64,000 nucleotides of DNA. It comes from an uncultured delta proteobacterium. GTDB taxonomy: Bacteria > Myxococcota_A > Polyangia > Polyangiales > JAFGIB01. The notes under the pieces are model-generated. The model did no database searches and was not told where the DNA came from. It saw nothing but the letters and a program-made list of their open reading frames with translations. The DNA is taken from positions 1,568,001 to 1,632,000 of the forward strand of contig CAVZVA010000010.1 in the NCBI GenBank assembly GCA_963778655.1, read 5' to 3'. This document shows, piece after piece, positions 59,134-64,000 of the stretch. The number at the start of each line of letters is the position of its first letter. Position 1 is the stretch's first letter. The position numbers were made by a program, and so were the translations under genes.

Positions 59134-60717
59134 ATGAGGGCATTCATCCTTGGCATGGCGTTCCTGCTGGCCTGCGGCTGCGGATCTGGGCGCGGCAGCG
59201 CCGATGGTGGGACGAGCTGGCTCGGCCAGTGCAGCTCGAGCGACGACTGCGGCGACGGGCTGGACTGCACCTGCGGGATCTGCACCAAGTCGTGCCAGAG
59301 CAGCGACGAGTGCGATTCGCGCTCGGGGCACGACGCGGTCTGCAGCGATCCGGCAGGCCTCGACCTGGCGGCTGACTGCGAGCCCGCCGCGAGCAAGGCA
59401 GCCTCGCAGATGGTCTGCCTGCAGTCGTGCGTCGCCGGTCCACAGTGCGGCGCGCGCCAGCGCTGCGTGGACGGCGTGTGCGTGGGCACGCCGATTCCCG
59501 GCTCGTCGGTCGCGGTCGACTCGGGGCTGGCCGATGCCGCAGGCGTGGATGCGGCGGTCGTTCAGAGCGCGGACGCGGGCCAGCCCGACGCGTCCACGCC
59601 CGTGCGGCACGACGCCGGCAGCACGGTCCCGCCCGGGCCAACGCCGGACGACGACGGCGGTGGGTCCGCGGGGTGCCAGCCGGGCGATTGCTCCGGCGCT
59701 CTCGTCTGCCACCTGAACGGGGTCTGTGCGGCCCCGGGCGCCTCGGACGGCCATATGGTGGTGACGCTCGCGGAGGTGACGGACCGCGACCTCGTGGTCA
59801 CGGCGGATGCGCAGTTCGTCTATGGAGTCGAGTACACCACGGGCGACCAATACCAAGAGGGGCCCGCGATGCTGATGCGCTGGCCAGTTGCGGGGGGACC
59901 CGGCGAGCCGATGGCACAGGGCGCAAGCTTCGTGTTCCCGCGCTCGAGCGTGGAACGCCCCCCGCTGCCGCTAGTGGTCGACCAGGATCACCTGTATTTC
60001 GTGGCGGCCACCGCCGCGAGCGAGCTGAGCGCCTCGCTCTTCGGCATGCCCAAGGACGATTCGGAGCCGCCGACGCGCTACGGCACGGCGGGCAGCTCGC
60101 TGGCCCAGGACCAGGATCGGCTCTACTTCGCCAATGACGGCGATTCGCGCGTGCTGCGCGCGCAGAAGAGCATGCTCGACATGCCGGCGGCACGCGAGCA
60201 GATCTTCGACTCGGCTTCGGATGCGCCGGGCTCGATCGTGGCGCTCGCCGTCAACACAGCATCCGTGTTCGTCACCGAGGTGCCCCCTCACGTGTCGAGC
60301 CCCGCGACGGTGTTCACGATCCAGCGCGTCGACAAGAGCTCGACCATGGCCACGGTGCTCGCCACCAGCGACAAGCTCACCACGCCCGCCGCCCAGACCT
60401 TCGCGGACGACGACTACTTCGTGATGGTCGGGCTCGACGCCGATCGGATCGATCTAGCGACGCTCGAGGTCAAACCCTTGCCCGGCGGCAACTTCGCCGC
60501 GCTGGCCGGCGGTGATCTGGCGGCCGCGCCCGGCTATCGCACGGACGACGGCGGCTGCTTCGCCGTGCAGCTCGCGAGCGCGACGCGCACCGATCTCTTA
60601 ACCGACTACCCGTTCTACGTCACCTCGCTTGCAGCCGTGCCCGGGACGCTGTTCGCGATCCTCACACCGAACGTCAACGACAGCGCGCGATACCTGGCCC
60701 GCGTCACGCTGCCCTGA
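59134..60717 (+). CDS. Cys-rich lipoprotein with beta-propeller-like C-terminal domain
   Basis: Lipobox, CSSSDDC-type Cys repeats, DAG linker, VD..LYF blade repeats. Confidence 0.75.
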   Translation: MRAFILGMAFLLACGCGSGRGSADGGTSWLGQCSSSDDCGDGLDCTCGICTKSCQSSDECDSRSGHDAVCSDPAGLDLAADCEPAASKAASQMVCLQSCVAGPQCGARQRCVDGVCVGTPIPGSSVAVDSGLADAAGVDAAVVQSADAGQPDASTPVRHDAGSTVPPGPTPDDDGGGSAGCQPGDCSGALVCHLNGVCAAPGASDGHMVVTLAEVTDRDLVVTADAQFVYGVEYTTGDQYQEGPAMLMRWPVAGGPGEPMAQGASFVFPRSSVERPPLPLVVDQDHLYFVAATAASELSASLFGMPKDDSEPPTRYGTAGSSLAQDQDRLYFANDGDSRVLRAQKSMLDMPAAREQIFDSASDAPGSIVALAVNTASVFVTEVPPHVSSPATVFTIQRVDKSSTMATVLATSDKLTTPAAQTFADDDYFVMVGLDADRIDLATLEVKPLPGGNFAALAGGDLAAAPGYRTDDGGCFAVQLASATRTDLLTDYPFYVTSLAAVPGTLFAILTPNVNDSARYLARVTLP

Positions 60718-60762
60718 ATGACCGATCACGATCCGGGAACGGCCATGCCGATCGGTCCTTTA

Positions 60763-60848
60763 GCGGTGCGGCGGATGCCGCGGCACCGCGAGAGGGTGAA
60801 TGCGCGAGGCTTTGCCTCGCACACAGGGAGTCGGCGCGACTCCCTGAC
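60763..60848 (-). repeat. Structured intergenic repeat, copy C
   Basis: On - strand: CAGGGAGTCG-CGC-CGACTCCCTG, GCGAGGC-AAA-GCCTCGC, CACCCTCTC, GCGGTGC...GCACCGC. Confidence 0.6.
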
Positions 60849-61075
60849 AAGCAAAGCAGAAATCAGAGTTTGTGCTTCGATCCCGAATCGCGAGCTCTGA
60901 TCTGGAGCACCGAACAGGTTGAGCGCCTATGATTTCCTTCGTCTTTCCCCACATGCGCGGCTTTTCGGGCCGTCCCGTGCTCCTTGAAAGGGGACCTACC
61001 CTTCCTGCGTCGCACGAAACGCCCTGAAGAGCGCTGTCCTGCGCGATCGTCCGCCGCAAAAGGGCGAAACCCAAC

Positions 61076-61834
61076 TCAGAAGCGCGCGCGAACACGCACG
61101 CCCGCGCGCGCACCCGATCTACCCGCGGGGCTCGCGGCCGCCTCGTCCCACTTGATCCGGAGCAGCTCCTGCTCGAGGTAGTCGCGGCGCAGCGCGAGCT
61201 CCGCGCGGTCGTGCTGCTTGCGTTCCAGCCACACCAGGCTGGCGGTGCCGGTGGTGGTGCCCGCCACCACGAACCAACCCGGCCAGGCCGGCGCCGAGCA
61301 GCTGTGGCCGCACAGCCCGTAGCCGAGCCCGACCGACAGCCCCGCCAGCAGGATCGCCGCGCTGGCGGAGGTAGCCAGCCAAGGCAGCAGTAAGCTGCTG
61401 CCCGCGCGCTCGCGTTCGACCCGCGCCAGCGCCGCGCGCAAATCCTGCTTGCGCTTGGCGCGCTCGAGCGCCTCCGTGGATTCGACCTGCGCGTTGGTCG
61501 CGCCCACACCGTCTTCGCTGTCCAGAGGCGGCGTGCTGGTAGCGCCGGCGCTCGTCTGCGCGGGCGCGGTGGGCGCTGCGCTCGCTTGGGCCGGTTGCGC
61601 GGGTGCGACCGCTGCGCCCGCAGCCGCGGGCCGCGCGCGGGCCGCGTCCGCTCCCGACTGCTGCACCGGCTTGGTCGCCGGAGTCGGCGGCTGCGCCGCT
61701 GCGTCCTGCGTCGCCGGCTGGGCCGCTGCGCCCGACTCGGCCGCGCCCTGCTGCGCGCGCGCGGACGTGGTCCACGCCGCCAGCAGCCACGCCGCCGCCG
61801 CCCAGGCGAGCCGCCGATCGACGCGAGCCTCCAT
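61076..61834 (-). CDS. Hypothetical exported/membrane protein
   Basis: Signal peptide (ARA), Ala/Pro linker, two hydrophobic helices, C-terminal GVRVRARF. Confidence 0.6.
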   Translation of the reverse strand: MEARVDRRLAWAAAAWLLAAWTTSARAQQGAAESGAAAQPATQDAAAQPPTPATKPVQQSGADAARARPAAAGAAVAPAQPAQASAAPTAPAQTSAGATSTPPLDSEDGVGATNAQVESTEALERAKRKQDLRAALARVERERAGSSLLLPWLATSASAAILLAGLSVGLGYGLCGHSCSAPAWPGWFVVAGTTTGTASLVWLERKQHDRAELALRRDYLEQELLRIKWDEAAASPAGRSGARAGVRVRARF

Positions 61835-61881
61835 CGCCGCCGAGCGTACACCAACTCGCACGGGGCTTCACCGCGCAGCCG

Positions 61882-62541
61882 TCAGGCTCGATCCGCCAGC
61901 AGCGCGGCCAGCCGCCTGCGAAAATCGGCCGCGCCTTCTGCGCCGGGCGCGTCGCCGGAGGCGTAGCGGATCTGCTCGCCGAAGATCGCGTCGCCGAGCA
62001 GCGCGAGCGCGCCGAGCTGGATGCGAAAGCGGCTGTCCTCGAGCGTGATCCCGTGCTCCGGGTGCGCGCGCACGCGCTGCGCGTGAGAGAGCTCGATCAG
62101 CGGTTGCAGCAGCGGCGTCGCGCCCGGCTTGCGCCGCGTCCTCTTCGCGCGACCCGAGAGGATCAGCCACGCGATCAGGCGGGCGTGGCCTTCCGAGCCG
62201 TAGAACTGCGCCAGCATGTCGAGAATGGCTTCGCGCCCGCCGGCTTCGCGGCCGGCGATGCGCTCGGCCAGCCGCGCGTTCAGGCGCGCGGTCGCGCGTG
62301 CGATCACGGCCACGATCAGCTCCTCGCGGCTGCCGAAGTGGTGCAGGATCGCCGGGTGCGATACGCCGAGCTCGTGCGCCAGCTCGGTCAGGCGCAGGCC
62401 TTCCGGACCGACCTCGGCCAGCCTGCGCTCGGCCGCCTCCAGGATGCGCGCGCGCGCCTGCTCTGCGGTCAGCCGCTTGCGCGCGCGTGCTCCAGGGCGG
62501 GCGCGCGTGTGCTTGGGCGGCTCGGGGCTGCGCGTGGTCAT
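61882..62541 (-). CDS. TetR family transcriptional regulator
   Basis: RILEAA..GPEGLRLTELAHELGVSHPAILHHFGSREEL. Confidence 0.93.
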   Translation of the reverse strand: MTTRSPEPPKHTRARPGARARKRLTAEQARARILEAAERRLAEVGPEGLRLTELAHELGVSHPAILHHFGSREELIVAVIARATARLNARLAERIAGREAGGREAILDMLAQFYGSEGHARLIAWLILSGRAKRTRRKPGATPLLQPLIELSHAQRVRAHPEHGITLEDSRFRIQLGALALLGDAIFGEQIRYASGDAPGAEGAADFRRRLAALLADRA

Positions 62542-62571
62542 GGCGCTCGGAGCGCGGGGGCGGGCTGTTGC

Positions 62572-62610
62572 TTGACCCGGCGCTCAGCATTACTTACAGT
62601 CCAGTAAGTA
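62572..62610 (+). promoter_or_regulatory. Sigma-70 promoter overlapped by putative TetR operator
   Basis: TTGACC-N17-TACAGT; palindrome TACTTAC-AGTCCA-GTAAGTA at 62591-62610. Confidence 0.7.
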
Positions 62611-62655
62611 GCAAGCCCCGGCTCTCGGGCAAAGCAGCGCGGCGCTCGCGCACGG

Positions 62656-63477
62656 ATGGACACGATGGCGCAAAGCACGGCACAGGCAGATACGGTGGGC
62701 GCGGTTCTATTTTCCGCGCAGCAGCTCGCACAGGCACGCGGGCGGCTTGCCGATCGCGGGATCGATCCAGAGTCGGTGCTCGGTCAAAGCGAGCTCGGCG
62801 GCGAGATCACGGTGGCCGGCTTCTACCTGATGCTGGAGAGGATCGCCGCGACCGAGAAGGCCGGACAGAGCCCCACCTTCGCGATGGCCCGCCTGGCGGC
62901 GCTCTCCGGCTTGCCGAGTGAGCTCGCCGACTCGCTCTTCCTCGCCTATAACCAGCAGTCGGCCGAGGAAGCGGGCCACGGCGACAAGGTGTTCGGCAAC
63001 GCCTTCTACGCCATGGGCGGCTTCGCCCCGGCCAGCACGCAGAGTGCGGTCGGCAACGGCGCGGGCGCCGCGTTTCCGCCGCCGAGCGACGACAAGAAGC
63101 AGAACAAGAAGCGCCTGGGCGGCATGGCCGCGTTTCTGGGCGGGATCGAGACCGTGGCGTTGAGCCGTGTGTTCCCGCTGGTGGGCTCGCTGTGCGAGCG
63201 CTGGGGCCACCCGATCGGCCAGGACCTGTTGCTGCAGATCCGCGACGTGGTGCGTCCCGAGGAGTCGCGCCACGTGTTGATCTGGCGCTACGTGTTCCAT
63301 CACTTGATCGCGCCCAAGGGCGAGGCGGTGGTCGACATGTACCTGCAGGCCACCAACGCCGGACGCCGTCAGCTGGCCGCGCCCGAGCTCGACCGCGAGG
63401 CGCTGTCGCGTCTGCTCGGCAGCAGCGCGCCCAGCACCCGGCAGCTGTTGGGCAAGGAGCGCGTGGTCTTCGCCTGA
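62656..63477 (+). CDS. Ferritin-like (diiron carboxylate) protein
   Basis: GGE...EEAGH...GIE...EESRH: E/ExxH/E/ExxH pattern. Confidence 0.72.
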   Translation: MDTMAQSTAQADTVGAVLFSAQQLAQARGRLADRGIDPESVLGQSELGGEITVAGFYLMLERIAATEKAGQSPTFAMARLAALSGLPSELADSLFLAYNQQSAEEAGHGDKVFGNAFYAMGGFAPASTQSAVGNGAGAAFPPPSDDKKQNKKRLGGMAAFLGGIETVALSRVFPLVGSLCERWGHPIGQDLLLQIRDVVRPEESRHVLIWRYVFHHLIAPKGEAVVDMYLQATNAGRRQLAAPELDREALSRLLGSSAPSTRQLLGKERVVFA

Positions 63478-63511
63478 CGCCCGCGCCCGGCGCCGGCCCA
63501 GCTCCGTGGGT

Positions 63512-64000
63512 TCAGCCGCTCCCGGGCATGCAGGCGCACACGCTGGGCGAGCTGTTCCAGATCATGCCTTGCGCGCAGCTTGCGGCCTTGTCGCACTGGC
63601 AGATGCCCGAACAGTCGGCGCCGCCCATCTTGGGGTCGCAACTGTCGCTCGGATCGTCGACGCAGCTGCCCATCCCAGCGCATTGCAGGTTCGCGAACCC
63701 GCCGCAGCTCGGCGGGGCCGGCGTGTCATCGACGCACTGCGGCTGCGGGGGACAGGGGTCCTTCAGGCAGAACACCTGGACCAGCTCGCAGTGCTTGCCA
63801 CGCACACACGCCAGATTGCACACGCCGGCCGGGGTCGTGCCCGCGTCGCCCGAGCCGCCTCCGCCGTCGCTGGCCATTGTGGTTCCGGCGTCGTGGGTTG
63901 CGCCGCTGCCGCCGGCGCCGCCACTGCCGCTGCCGGCCCCGCCGCTGCCCGCGCTGCCGGCGTCGCCCGCTGCGCCGGCAGCGGCCACGCTGCCCCCTGC
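63512..64000 (-). CDS. Cys-rich exported protein, 5' truncated by window edge
   Basis: Gly/Ala/DAG linker; C...C..G.HC..CLKDPCPPQPQC and CGGFANLQC..CVDDP.D.CDP..GGADC.GIC modules. Confidence 0.65.
   Translation of the reverse strand, partial: AGGSVAAAGAAGDAGSAGSGGAGSGSGGAGGSGATHDAGTTMASDGGGGSGDAGTTPAGVCNLACVRGKHCELVQVFCLKDPCPPQPQCVDDTPAPPSCGGFANLQCAGMGSCVDDPSDSCDPKMGGADCSGICQCDKAASCAQGMIWNSSPSVCACMPGSG

Overview
Very GC-rich bacterial DNA, most consistent with Myxococcota (Polyangia-like). The basis is the many Cys-rich lipoproteins with Gly/Ala/'DAG' linkers, a Hanks-type Ser/Thr kinase with TPR, DUF1552/DUF1592 pairs and an ECF-sigma/TPR cassette. About 45 genes are supported. They include an esterase, a glutathione peroxidase, a TolC-MFP-RND efflux operon, patatin, Kup, a frameshifted hydrolase lipoprotein, two GT-C-like membrane proteins, a USP, an AraC-linked acyl-CoA dehydrogenase pair with enoyl-CoA hydratase, SulP, ZnuCB without ZnuA and an APC permease. 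A copper island holds csoR-copA, a SHOCT gene, a decayed gene and cusCBA. No rRNA, tRNA, CRISPR array or transposase was seen. Most interesting: (1) two translationally coupled DUF1552/DUF1592 (CxxCH) modules in opposite gene order, one fused to a CBM2-like domain; (2) a lipoprotein with the full PHM/DBH-type copper ligand set; (3) a three-copy intergenic element with covarying hairpins; (4) a TetR-controlled orphan ferritin-like diiron protein with a visible promoter and operator; (5) a CusB with a triplicated Met-rich tail in a cluster lacking CusF. All family calls come from motif recognition by eye, not database searches, and several start codons are uncertain.
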